Shown: positions 1-8,884 of the stretch, piece by piece
How the letters are laid out: the number at the start of each line of letters is the position of its first letter
Position numbering within the stretch: position 1 is the first letter of the stretch
Origin: a bacterium
Lineage (GTDB): Bacteria > UBA8248 > JACPRG01 > G963555815
Direction: 5' to 3'
DNA length: 64,000 nucleotides
Assembly (NCBI GenBank): GCA_965218795.1
Contig: OZ244653.1
Span: 672,001 to 736,000 of the forward strand
Made by a program: the position numbers and the translations under genes
The notes under the pieces: generated by a model
Database searches by the model: none
What the model saw: only the letters and a program-made list of their open reading frames with translations
What the model was told of the DNA's origin: nothing

Positions 1-2
1 GA

Positions 3-116
3 ATCATCATTATCGTTGTCGTGACGTTCACGCCCGCTGGTCTCGTCGGAACCGTGAAGCGGCTCATCTCCAATCTGCGAAAGGGAGGCGTGGAGGAGAA
101 TGAACGCCATGGCTGA
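3..116 (+). CDS. 3' end of branched-chain amino acid ABC permease (LivM-like), partial at window edge
   Basis: Frame 3 reads IIIIVVVTFTPAGLVGTVKRL...RHG* (typical PxGxxG C-terminus of LivM) and overlaps the start of the LivG-like gene. Confidence 0.7.
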   Translation: MIIIVVVTFTPAGLVGTVKRLISNLRKGGVEENERHG

Positions 117-870
117 ACCCGGGCGGAACGGCCGATTTTTCAACGCGCAGGGGCTCGTCAAGAAATTCGGCGGATTTACGGCCGTCGATGGCGTGAACCT
201 GAACGTCAAGGAAGGCGAGCTTCGGGCCATAATCGGACCCAACGGCGCGGGTAAGACCACCTTCTTCAACCTGATCAGCGGGTTCCTGCCCACCACGGCG
301 GGGGCGTTTTTTTTCAAAGAGAAGCTCGTCACCGGCATGACGTCGGACCAGATCGTCCGTCTCGGAGTCGGGCGGACCTTTCAGATTACCAATCTGTTTC
401 CCCAACTGACGGTTCTGGAGAACGTCCAGGCGGGGGTCCAGGGAAAGAGCGGAAGACCGAATCCCTTCAGGAGCCTGCTCAAGATGCGTGATTCCTGGGA
501 GCGGGCGGCGGCGGTCCTGGAGCTGCTCGGTATGCCGGACCGGGCCGATGTGCGGATCACCGAGCTCTCTCACGGTGAGCAGAAACTCGTGGATATCGGC
601 ATCGCGCTGGCGTCCGATCCCGAAGTCCTCCTGTTGGATGAGCCCACAGCGGGTCTGAGCGCAAGAGAGACCCGCGCCATGACCGACAAGATCGCCCAAT
701 TGGCGGAGGAGCGGACCATCCTGATCGTGGAACACGACATGAAAGTCGTGATGACGCTGGCGAAGACCATTTCCGTTCTTCACCAGGGCAAGATCATTGC
801 TGAAGGCGCCCCCGATGAGATTCGGGCCGATCCCGAGGTCCGCCGGGTGTATCTGACCCGAGAGGCCTGA
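100..870 (+). CDS. livG: Branched-chain-type ABC transporter ATP-binding protein (LivG-like); start may be 109
   Basis: Walker A GPNGAGKTT, LSHGEQ signature, LLLDEPTAG, VEHDM, C-terminal VRRVYL. Confidence 0.9.
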   Translation: MNAMAEPGRNGRFFNAQGLVKKFGGFTAVDGVNLNVKEGELRAIIGPNGAGKTTFFNLISGFLPTTAGAFFFKEKLVTGMTSDQIVRLGVGRTFQITNLFPQLTVLENVQAGVQGKSGRPNPFRSLLKMRDSWERAAAVLELLGMPDRADVRITELSHGEQKLVDIGIALASDPEVLLLDEPTAGLSARETRAMTDKIAQLAEERTILIVEHDMKVVMTLAKTISVLHQGKIIAEGAPDEIRADPEVRRVYLTREA

Positions 871-871
871 C

Positions 872-1567
872 ATGCTGCGTTTGGAAAACGTCAACGCCTA
901 TTACGGCAAGAGCCACATTCTGTTCGACGTGGCCATCGAGGTCCGTGACGCGGAGGTTGTTGCGCTCGTCGGGCGCAACGGTGTGGGGAAGACGACGCTT
1001 CTGCGCACGGTGATGGGACTCATGTCGAACCGGTCCGGCAGCATTCGTTTCAACGAGCAGGAAATCATGACGCTTGCCGCGCACAAGCTCGCAGGACTGG
1101 GGCTGAGCCTCGTTCCGCAGGAGCAGTCGGTGTTCGCGGATTTTTCGGTCGGGGATAACCTCCGTGTGGCTTCGCCCTCAGGAGAGTTGGACCCCGATAT
1201 GAGGACGTCCCTCATGAAGAACTTCCCGGTACTCGACGAGCGGATGAATCAAATGGCAGGGACGTTGAGCGGCGGGGAACGCCAGATGCTCGCGATGGCC
1301 CGGGCCTTTGTCAAGAATCCGCAGTTGATGCTCCTGGATGAGCCGACGGAAGGACTGATGCCCTCGGCCGTGGAGGCGGTTGAGAATTCCGTTCGATCGT
1401 TTCGGGAAGGAGGAATGGGAATCCTGCTCGTGGAGCAGAACCTGAGCACGGTGCTGGAGGTGAGCGATCGCGTCTACGTCATGGAAAAGGGACAGATTGT
1501 CCACGACGAACCGGTGACGCCGGCCAGTGGAGCGTCTCTGGAAAAGTTCATGGGCCTGGAGGGATAG
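872..1567 (+). CDS. livF: Branched-chain-type ABC transporter ATP-binding protein (LivF-like)
   Basis: GRNGVGKTT, LSGGERQM, LLDEPTEG, LLVEQN. Confidence 0.9.
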   Translation: MLRLENVNAYYGKSHILFDVAIEVRDAEVVALVGRNGVGKTTLLRTVMGLMSNRSGSIRFNEQEIMTLAAHKLAGLGLSLVPQEQSVFADFSVGDNLRVASPSGELDPDMRTSLMKNFPVLDERMNQMAGTLSGGERQMLAMARAFVKNPQLMLLDEPTEGLMPSAVEAVENSVRSFREGGMGILLVEQNLSTVLEVSDRVYVMEKGQIVHDEPVTPASGASLEKFMGLEG

Positions 1568-1626
1568 TCGGGATTTCGCCGCAACCGTTTTTTGGTTGAT
1601 TTCCCCCTCCGCTTCGTTGTCAAAAG

Positions 1627-1664
1627 ACAAAGGCCGCGGGAGCCGAAGCTCCCGCGGCCTTTGT
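1627..1664. terminator. Hairpin terminator between convergent genes
   Basis: acaaaggccgcgggagc-cgaa-gctcccgcggcctttgt, a perfect 17-bp stem between two convergent stop codons. Confidence 0.75.
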
Positions 1665-1706
1665 TCGTTCGGACAAGGCCCCAACGAATTTCGAGGCCGT
1701 TCGGCG

Positions 1707-2972
1707 TCAGATTCTCAGATCGCCCTGCGGCGGATACATTCCCTCCTCTCTGGGCACAGTGGCCACGACCTTCATTTTCCCGTTGACCACTTGCTGGATG
1801 TAGATCGGGGCGAACGCCTGATGGTCCTGGGCCCGGATGAGTTTACCGCCCTGCGGGTAATGAGGGCCGGTCTTGGTTTCGTGGCCTTCGAGCCACTTGA
1901 TGACGTCTTTGGTGTGCTTGCTCTTGTTCTTGTAGCCCGTGGCTTCGACGGCGTCCTTAATCACATAGATGTTCTCCCAGCCCAGGCCGTCATGCGCTAC
2001 GCCGGACGGCGTCCCGCGCTTTTTGTCGTTGCCCTCGGCGTCCACGCCGATGGCATCTCGGAGCATCTTGTCATACGGCTTCATTGGGTCGGGGACATCG
2101 GCCGACCGCTGCGGGAACGGTGTGTGGATGTAGGCGCCCTCGAACGCCGCGAGGTCCAAACCTTCGATGGCGTCATAGGTTCCGATGTACTTGAACTTAT
2201 CGAAGATCCCCATGTTCTTGGCCTGCTTCACGAATGCGACTTGCATCGCGCCGAAGAAGGCCATGAACACCACCTCAGTCTTCTGGACATTGATCCGGCT
2301 GAGATAGGGGACGAGGTTGTCGGTCCCGAGGGGGACGAGGATCCGGTCCACGGCCTCCCCGCCCATTTCCTTCACCTTCTTGGCCCACTGCCCTGTCTGG
2401 TCCTGACCCCATGCGTAATCGGCGCCCAGAAGCGTCCACCTTTTTCCCTGCTTGTAGGCCCAGTCAGAGGCTGAGAACACTTCATGGAGAACGCTCTCGT
2501 TCATGCGAAAGACATACGGATGCCCTTTGGCGCCCGTGATCGAGGTTGCCGATCCGTTCGGGAACCCGATGGTTTTGAGTTCCATGAACACAGGATTGCA
2601 CGCCAGGCAGATTCCGCTGTGATGGGAGCCGATGACGAAGTCCGCCTTGTCGCGCTGGATGAGCTTTCGGGCCTTACGGACGCCCGTAGACGGTTTGGAC
2701 TCGGTATCCTCCTTGATATAGACGAGCTCCCGTCCGCCGACGCCGCCGGAGGCATTGATCTTCTTCACCGCGGCCTCGGCGGAGCGGTTGACCCAGAAGC
2801 CGAAGGCGGCCAGAACCCCGGTCAGATCGACGGTGGCGCCCACTCGGACCGGATCGGCCGCATTGACGTGATATCCCGGTATCACCGTCGAAGCGCCCAC
2901 CGCACCTGCGGTCACCGCCGATTTCTTGAGAAAATCCCTTCTGGTTATCTTCTTTTTCAATTTGCCCATCAT
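1707..2972 (-). CDS. Tat-exported ABC substrate-binding protein (LivK/periplasmic binding type 1)
   Basis: Twin-arginine signal TRRDFLKK; LTGVLAAFG, INASGGVGGR, EDTESKP, ADYAWG motifs. Confidence 0.88.
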   Translation of the reverse strand: MMGKLKKKITRRDFLKKSAVTAGAVGASTVIPGYHVNAADPVRVGATVDLTGVLAAFGFWVNRSAEAAVKKINASGGVGGRELVYIKEDTESKPSTGVRKARKLIQRDKADFVIGSHHSGICLACNPVFMELKTIGFPNGSATSITGAKGHPYVFRMNESVLHEVFSASDWAYKQGKRWTLLGADYAWGQDQTGQWAKKVKEMGGEAVDRILVPLGTDNLVPYLSRINVQKTEVVFMAFFGAMQVAFVKQAKNMGIFDKFKYIGTYDAIEGLDLAAFEGAYIHTPFPQRSADVPDPMKPYDKMLRDAIGVDAEGNDKKRGTPSGVAHDGLGWENIYVIKDAVEATGYKNKSKHTKDVIKWLEGHETKTGPHYPQGGKLIRAQDHQAFAPIYIQQVVNGKMKVVATVPREEGMYPPQGDLRI

Positions 2973-3483
2973 CCCTCCCTTTCTTTTCCTTCACGGAAAG
3001 TCGTCTGACCGGCCGTGCTCGCTTCCCGACCGGCCGGTAAGCCGAAATCGGACTTGCATGGGCGGCCGCCGTTTGGCGCATGAGAAGATAGGCGCCGAAA
3101 GGTCGTCCATTCCTATGGACTGGTTCTCAATCATTATGCTGGGTCGGCGCAAAAGGTGTCAAGAATCTTGTTTGATTCCAGTCATCTTTGGGAAAGTCAT
3201 GCGTGGTCAGTCCGCGGTCGGTTATCCTGCGATGTCTTCAGATCAAGCCGACCGCGTGTGGTATACTCCATAATTGATTTTTCCCTCGAAGCAGTCCGTG
3301 GCGGGTGTATTTTTCGCGAAAATGAGGCGTAGCAGAGGATTACGTAGAAACTTCCGCCCAATTCACTTTGGATTTCAGAAATCTTTCGCTCGGCTTGCTC
3401 AGCGGTTCTCCCACCCAATTGAGTCTGGTCATGGACGGGTGAGAGCAGCTTCGTACGATTCATGATCGAAGGAGGACAGGACA

Positions 3484-4356
3484 ATGGAATTTGAAAAGCT
3501 GGAGTGGTCCATCCATCCAAACCCGCTCAATCTGGAAGACCGGTGCATCGGCCTGATCCGGCTGGCCGTGCCGGAGAAGCTGAATTCCATCGGACCCACG
3601 ATGAGCCTGGAGCTGGATTATCTATGCGATCAAATCAAGCGACGGAATGACATCCAGGTCGTCGTGTTGACCGGAACCGATCCCGGCTTCTGCGGAGGAG
3701 GGGACTTGCAGGAGGAGGGCGGGGCCTTGCAGGTGACGGGGGAGGACTTGGGGCTCAAGGGGCCGTACGCCAAGATGATGGAGTACTACATCAACGACGT
3801 TTTCCACGTCGTGATGCAGAACGCCATCCGGAAGCTGGAAGATTTGCCCCAGGTCACAATCGGAGCCATCAACGGCGTCGCCGTGGGCGTTGGCCTCGAA
3901 ATGAACACCGGCCTGGATCTTCGACTCGCCTCCGACAAAGCCCGGATGGGTGAAGTCGCTGTGGTCGCCGGGTTCCTGCCCGAAACCGGAGGCTGCCGGA
4001 ACCTTCCCAAGCTTGTCGGCTACGGACGGGCTATGGAGCTGACCCTCACCGGACGGATCCTGACCGCGCAGGAGGCGCTGGAGATCGGGCTGGTCGAATT
4101 CGTCGTGCCACACGACAATCTTCTGGAGGAGGCCTTCAACCTCGCCGGAAAGATTGCGATGGGGCCGCCGACCTCGGTTCGCGAAGCCAAGCGTCTGATG
4201 AAAACCTACTGGGACCACAACAAGAGCGACGCTGGGTTCAAGGACGAGCTGGATACGGTGCTCGAGATTACACGGACGCCGGACTGCCGGGAGGGGATTC
4301 GGGCCTTTCTGAACAAGGAGAGACCGAAATATACGGGAGCGATCGATTCAAAATGA
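3484..4356 (+). CDS. Enoyl-CoA hydratase/isomerase (crotonase) family protein
   Basis: FCGGGDL oxyanion motif, AINGVAVGVGLE, LTGRILTAQEALEIGLV, DCREGIRAFLNKERPKY; RBS GGAGG/AGGA upstream. Confidence 0.9.
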   Translation: MEFEKLEWSIHPNPLNLEDRCIGLIRLAVPEKLNSIGPTMSLELDYLCDQIKRRNDIQVVVLTGTDPGFCGGGDLQEEGGALQVTGEDLGLKGPYAKMMEYYINDVFHVVMQNAIRKLEDLPQVTIGAINGVAVGVGLEMNTGLDLRLASDKARMGEVAVVAGFLPETGGCRNLPKLVGYGRAMELTLTGRILTAQEALEIGLVEFVVPHDNLLEEAFNLAGKIAMGPPTSVREAKRLMKTYWDHNKSDAGFKDELDTVLEITRTPDCREGIRAFLNKERPKYTGAIDSK

Positions 4357-4464
4357 CTCCACGTCGGGAATGGTTCGGCTGATGCGGATACGAAAGAGCC
4401 CGCAGGCCAGGATGCGGGATGAAGGCCTCATGATCGAAAAGGATGGTCATCACAGCGACGGGTT

Positions 4465-6087
4465 TCAGAAGTGAAATGTCCTGTCTTCGGGGCCGCCTCC
4501 CTCGGCTTCCTCCCTGAGAACATTCCGCCGAATTTTCCCGGTGGAGGTTTTCGGCAGGTCCGACACGAACTCAATGATCTTCGGGACCTTATATAACGCG
4601 ATACGCGCGCGGATCAGGTCTCGGATCTCCCTGGCGATCGACATGGCGGGCTCGACCGAGGGCTTGAGCACGACGTAGGCCTTGACGCGGTAACCGGTCT
4701 CCGTATCCGGGACGCCGATGACCCCGGCCTCAATGACGCCGGGATGCTCTATGCAGGTCTCCTCCACCTCCTTGGGGGAGACCATGTACCCGCGGCTTTT
4801 GATGAGGTCGTCCTTGCGGCTCACGTACCAAAAATAGCCGTCCTCATCGAACCGGCCGAGGTCGCCCGTGTAATACCATCGGTTGATGTGGTTCTCCGCC
4901 CATTTCTCCGGCATCTTTCGGTATTCGATGAACAGGCCGGGGCAGTCGTCCCGAATGGCGACGCGGCCCACTTCTCCGTCGGGAACCGACTTGCCATCGT
5001 CATCGTGCACTTCCATGACATAGCCGGGAAAGACCTTTCCGGTCGATCCGGGCTTGATCGGTTCCTGGTCCATATTGACGCAAAATTTCTGAAGCTCCGA
5101 AACGCCCAGGCCGTCGATGATCTCGCAGCCGACACGCTCCTTCCACTCTCTGTAGGTTTCCGGCGGCAGAGTTTCCCCAGAGCTGACGCAAAGCCGAAGG
5201 TTCTTCAACGCATCCTTCTCTTCAGGCCCGCTGGCGGCCAGAATCATTCGGTAAGCCGTCGGGACGGTCGAAAATACGGTGACGCCGTGCTTTCTCACTA
5301 TCCGGATGGCCTTTGAAGGGTCGAACCGTTCGTTATGGATGTAAACCGCCGTCCTCATGTACAGACAATGCATCAGGCCTTGCCCCCAGGAATACATAAA
5401 GCTGAACTCCGCCGGATTCCAGCTCAGGTCGCCCGGGCGCAGCTTGAGCATCAGATGTCCACCTGCGTCTCCGGTCGCGATTATCCAGCGGTGGGCGTGG
5501 ACGATTCCTTTCGGCGGTCCGGTCGTGCCGGAAGTATAAAGCATGAAGGCGGGGTCTTCGGGCCGGGTTTGTACGGCGTCCAGCTCCGAGGGGTGCGAGG
5601 AGAGCAACTCTTCAAAGGAAGGCAGGCGAGAGGATTCGCCGTCGAACAGATAGACGTGTTCGAGGTTTGGACAAGCCGGACGGATTGCCTCCAGGGCTCC
5701 CAGGCGGTCCTCCGTAGTCAGAATGATTTTGGCGTCCGAGTTCTCAACAATGTGCTGGAGCTCCCGGGGACCCAAGAGGGAGTTGCTCAACACCGGGACG
5801 GCACCCATCCAGAGGCCCGCCAGGACAGCGACCACGTAGTTGGGATGGTTGTGGGACCGAAGGATGAAGGTGTCACCCCGTCCGAGGCCGAGAGCCATGA
5901 ACGAGCGGGCGCAGCGCAGCATGCGCGCGTGGATTTCCTCAAAGGCGATCGGCTCCCCGCCGTAGACGATGGCGGTATCGCCGCTGTCCCCCTCCTTCAG
6001 CCACGGGCGGCAGATCGCCCTCGCCATATTGAGGACAGGCGGAATCTTCTGGTAATCCGGCGGAAGGGAGACCTCCCAATTGCCCAT
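4465..6087 (-). CDS. Acyl/aryl-CoA ligase (benzoate-CoA ligase-like AMP-binding enzyme)
   Basis: YTSGTTGPPKG AMP-binding motif, DGLGVSE, YYTGDLG, LPKTSTGKIRR. Confidence 0.88.
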   Translation of the reverse strand: MGNWEVSLPPDYQKIPPVLNMARAICRPWLKEGDSGDTAIVYGGEPIAFEEIHARMLRCARSFMALGLGRGDTFILRSHNHPNYVVAVLAGLWMGAVPVLSNSLLGPRELQHIVENSDAKIILTTEDRLGALEAIRPACPNLEHVYLFDGESSRLPSFEELLSSHPSELDAVQTRPEDPAFMLYTSGTTGPPKGIVHAHRWIIATGDAGGHLMLKLRPGDLSWNPAEFSFMYSWGQGLMHCLYMRTAVYIHNERFDPSKAIRIVRKHGVTVFSTVPTAYRMILAASGPEEKDALKNLRLCVSSGETLPPETYREWKERVGCEIIDGLGVSELQKFCVNMDQEPIKPGSTGKVFPGYVMEVHDDDGKSVPDGEVGRVAIRDDCPGLFIEYRKMPEKWAENHINRWYYTGDLGRFDEDGYFWYVSRKDDLIKSRGYMVSPKEVEETCIEHPGVIEAGVIGVPDTETGYRVKAYVVLKPSVEPAMSIAREIRDLIRARIALYKVPKIIEFVSDLPKTSTGKIRRNVLREEAEGGGPEDRTFHF

Positions 6088-6301
6088 GGTTCGTTCTCAA
6101 TGATTCAGTCAATGCGGCTAAGGTCCGATCTCAGAAGGCTGACTCAAGCGGAAAAATATTTTTCTATTTTAGTTTCGCGGCCGCGAATCTTCCAGTCTCT
6201 GGAAATCACGAGCAGCCCGCGCCGGGTTCAGGCCATGCCCGCTCGGGTGGCGTGCCGAGCCGCCCATTGTGTCGATCTTACTCGCGTCGAATCGCACTGA
6301 T

Positions 6302-7822
6302 TCAGTGCGCGACCTCTCTGAGCAAATCTTCCATCAGCGGCACCAGCGGCTCCCTCAGAAGAGGCCGGGATGCGATCCAAAGGCTGACCCAGGTGTAAAG
6401 GATCATCAACGTCAGAAGCGGAAGCTGACTGACCGCGAATCGCCTGACGCCGACCAAGGCTCTTTGAGCCACTTGGTGGGCGGTGACGACGGAGAAGATG
6501 TGACCCATCACGATCAGGACCATCTGGCAGGCCCAGATGACCTCCGTTTTCAGCCGCAATCCCGACGACGCGGGATGCGAGGCCGAGACCGGCGCCGAGG
6601 CGGCTTTCCACCCGAAGGGGTCGGACAGTGCAGCCCCAAGCTCTGCGAACCGGGGAATGATGAGCATGAAAAAATGGGCGAGGTAGTAGCCGAAGGCAAT
6701 GGGCAACAGGGACAGCCCGAATGCGCGGGCCAATTCCCCGGTCGTCTTGTTTCCGGCCATGGATGCCATCCAGGCGCAGGAACCCCAATAGGCAGCGATA
6801 AAGACGACGAGGCCGATCGCAAGAATCACCAACTGCACCCCTTCCATGACGGGCATGTCAGGGAACGCATCAATGGCGATTTCCATCAGTGCCCCGATGC
6901 TCCGGATCCACTCCTGCGTCGCCATGTACCCGTCATAGGTGACCGAATACATGATGCCGATAACGAATGCGACGTCCAGATTCTCCTTGAGCGACGTGTT
7001 CCTCAGGGCGGCCCCGCAGGGGCGCGCCTCGAGGCCCCGCTCCCCCCGGCCGATGGGGGCGAACAGACCGAGAACCCTGAAATAACGGGTGAACGGATCC
7101 CCCAGATCCAGCCAGCCTTCTCCGAAGAAGAACATCCCCATCCAGAGATAGGCAGAGTAGAGGACCGTGATGTTCGCCAGGGACCGGGGCTCGTCCGACT
7201 GGAACCAGCTCAGCTCGAACCATATGAAACCAATATAGAGGATGAGGGCCGGCCAGGAGCCGAGCGTCCGGGGATAGCGGATTCGGGGAAAGGATCGCCC
7301 CATTCCAACCCATCGGTAGAGTGCCCGCCAAGGGTTGAGATGGTCCCAGGGATTTCCAACCAAGAATGAAAACAAACTTAGACCAAACCAGAAGAGGGTC
7401 CAGATCAAGTTCGATGTCGCGTTGAATTCCGTCTTGGGATGGCCGAAGAAGCCCGCCAGGAGGACCAGCAGGAAAAGGGCGACCGAAATGATTTGCGCCA
7501 TGAGTCCGACGGCGGGGTTCTGGACAAACCATCCGAGGATCGGAACCGATGAGGCCGGGCGGAGCGGACGGGAACCCTCCTCCCGTTTGCCGGGCTTGTA
7601 TCGGTTCAGAAGGATAAACGACAGGAGCAAGGCCGCGGCGGCCGCCACAAGGACGATCCATCCGGGAATCGGGGAATCAAACCGGGCCTCCCCAGGGGCA
7701 TGGCTCAAGACGGAGGTTTCGAAGAGAAAGAGAAGAATGAACTGAAAGGAGATCCAAAAAATGGTTCGGGTTGGGGAAGGTATCAAGCATTTTCCCGATA
7801 TCGAGGGACGGTTTATGGTCAA
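6302..7822 (-). CDS. Polytopic membrane protein of unknown function
   Basis: 506-aa ORF with ~11-12 hydrophobic segments and NPW repeats (GNPWDHLNPW), SLLPIAFGYYLAHF, SDPFGW, GHIFSVVTAH. Confidence 0.75.
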   Translation of the reverse strand: MTINRPSISGKCLIPSPTRTIFWISFQFILLFLFETSVLSHAPGEARFDSPIPGWIVLVAAAAALLLSFILLNRYKPGKREEGSRPLRPASSVPILGWFVQNPAVGLMAQIISVALFLLVLLAGFFGHPKTEFNATSNLIWTLFWFGLSLFSFLVGNPWDHLNPWRALYRWVGMGRSFPRIRYPRTLGSWPALILYIGFIWFELSWFQSDEPRSLANITVLYSAYLWMGMFFFGEGWLDLGDPFTRYFRVLGLFAPIGRGERGLEARPCGAALRNTSLKENLDVAFVIGIMYSVTYDGYMATQEWIRSIGALMEIAIDAFPDMPVMEGVQLVILAIGLVVFIAAYWGSCAWMASMAGNKTTGELARAFGLSLLPIAFGYYLAHFFMLIIPRFAELGAALSDPFGWKAASAPVSASHPASSGLRLKTEVIWACQMVLIVMGHIFSVVTAHQVAQRALVGVRRFAVSQLPLLTLMILYTWVSLWIASRPLLREPLVPLMEDLLREVAH

Positions 7823-7903
7823 CGCAGGTCTCCGGTGCCGGGAGTCCCCCTTGGAATTAAATATCTGGACGTTCTGATTCTCCGCTATCCCTCACCCCGA
7901 ATT

Positions 7904-8566
7904 TCATTCTGTGGATTTTCGCTGGAAAATTGTCGACCAGGCGCCGTGGAGATAGCCCGCAACGTCGGTTGCGGTTTCCGTCACCAGTTCCTGCTGTTGA
8001 TTTCGGACGGCGTAGCGCTTCATCATCTCACGGTCCAGCGAAACATGGAATTCTTCATCCCGGCCGATTTTGGTGTAGAGGTCGGCAAGCTCATGGTAGC
8101 CGTATTTTCTGAGCCCTGCGACGAGCGAATCCGTGATGGCCAGGGCCGATCCTTCCGAAACATAAAATCCCGCGAAAGGGGCAAGCTGTTCCTTCTGGGC
8201 GTTGCGCCAAAGTATTTCCCACCACCCCGATTCGGCCTCGGGCACCACGAGCCGGGCAGTCTCCTCCGCGGGCGCGCCCTTTTTCATCCGGTCGATCTGA
8301 CGGCCCAGGTCACGGTAATGCCGGGTCTCGTCCCAGACGAACTTTCCCAGACTGACCAGTAATTTTTTGTCAACGCCCTGACTCTTGATGATCGCCTGTG
8401 AAATCATCTGGGCGGCGCCCAGCTCCCGTGCATTCCGGACCTCGAGCCACTCCAGCATGCTCCGCAGGCTGGGTCTTTCCTTGAAGTATTCCTCGACGCT
8501 GGCGATCGCGATTTCCGAAACGCCGTCCTTCAATCCATCGACTTGTTCCAGAAACGCTTGGTTCAT
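7904..8566 (-). CDS. Ferritin-like diiron-carboxylate protein
   Basis: Ligand pattern E...ExxH...E...ExxH (NARE, WDETRHY, VSEGSA, RDEEFHV); ATG at 8566 preceded by GGAGGGG. Confidence 0.8.
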   Translation of the reverse strand: MNQAFLEQVDGLKDGVSEIAIASVEEYFKERPSLRSMLEWLEVRNARELGAAQMISQAIIKSQGVDKKLLVSLGKFVWDETRHYRDLGRQIDRMKKGAPAEETARLVVPEAESGWWEILWRNAQKEQLAPFAGFYVSEGSALAITDSLVAGLRKYGYHELADLYTKIGRDEEFHVSLDREMMKRYAVRNQQQELVTETATDVAGYLHGAWSTIFQRKSTE

Positions 8567-8703
8567 TTTTCCCCCTCCGGGCGCATCGGCTCGCAGAACC
8601 TGACGGCCCAAGTATGCCCTCTCGAACCGGCGGTTTCCAGTCTGCTCCGGACGATCTCGGGTCTACCCGGCGAGGTGTTGACGGCCGTCATGTTGGTTCG
8701 CAT
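8563..8703 (-). CDS. Possible 46-aa small ORF (MRTNMTAVNTSPGRPEIV...FCEPMRPEGEK)
   Basis: Its stop overlaps the ferritin-like start as ATGA; no strong RBS and no recognisable homology. Confidence 0.2.
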   Translation of the reverse strand: MRTNMTAVNTSPGRPEIVRSRLETAGSRGHTWAVRFCEPMRPEGEK

Positions 8704-8790
8704 ATGCCGGTACTATATTCAAAAAGGGGAGGTTTGTGTATTCCCGACGTGTTTTTCGGGACGCATGACCCCTTCGCGGGAGGCGGCGGC

Positions 8791-8870
8791 ATGTACCGAA
8801 TCCGTTTTCATGGCCGCGGTGGACAGGGAATCAAGACGGCCAGCCGGATCCTGGGTACGTATTTTTTCTG
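8791..8870 (+). pseudogene. 5' stub of a 2-oxoacid:ferredoxin oxidoreductase gamma subunit
   Basis: GGAGG RBS then MYRIRFHGRGGQGIKTASRILGT (PorC/PorG N-terminal motif RFHGRGGQG); homology stops after ~25 codons. Confidence 0.75.
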
Positions 8871-8884
8871 GAAGACTTCATCGT

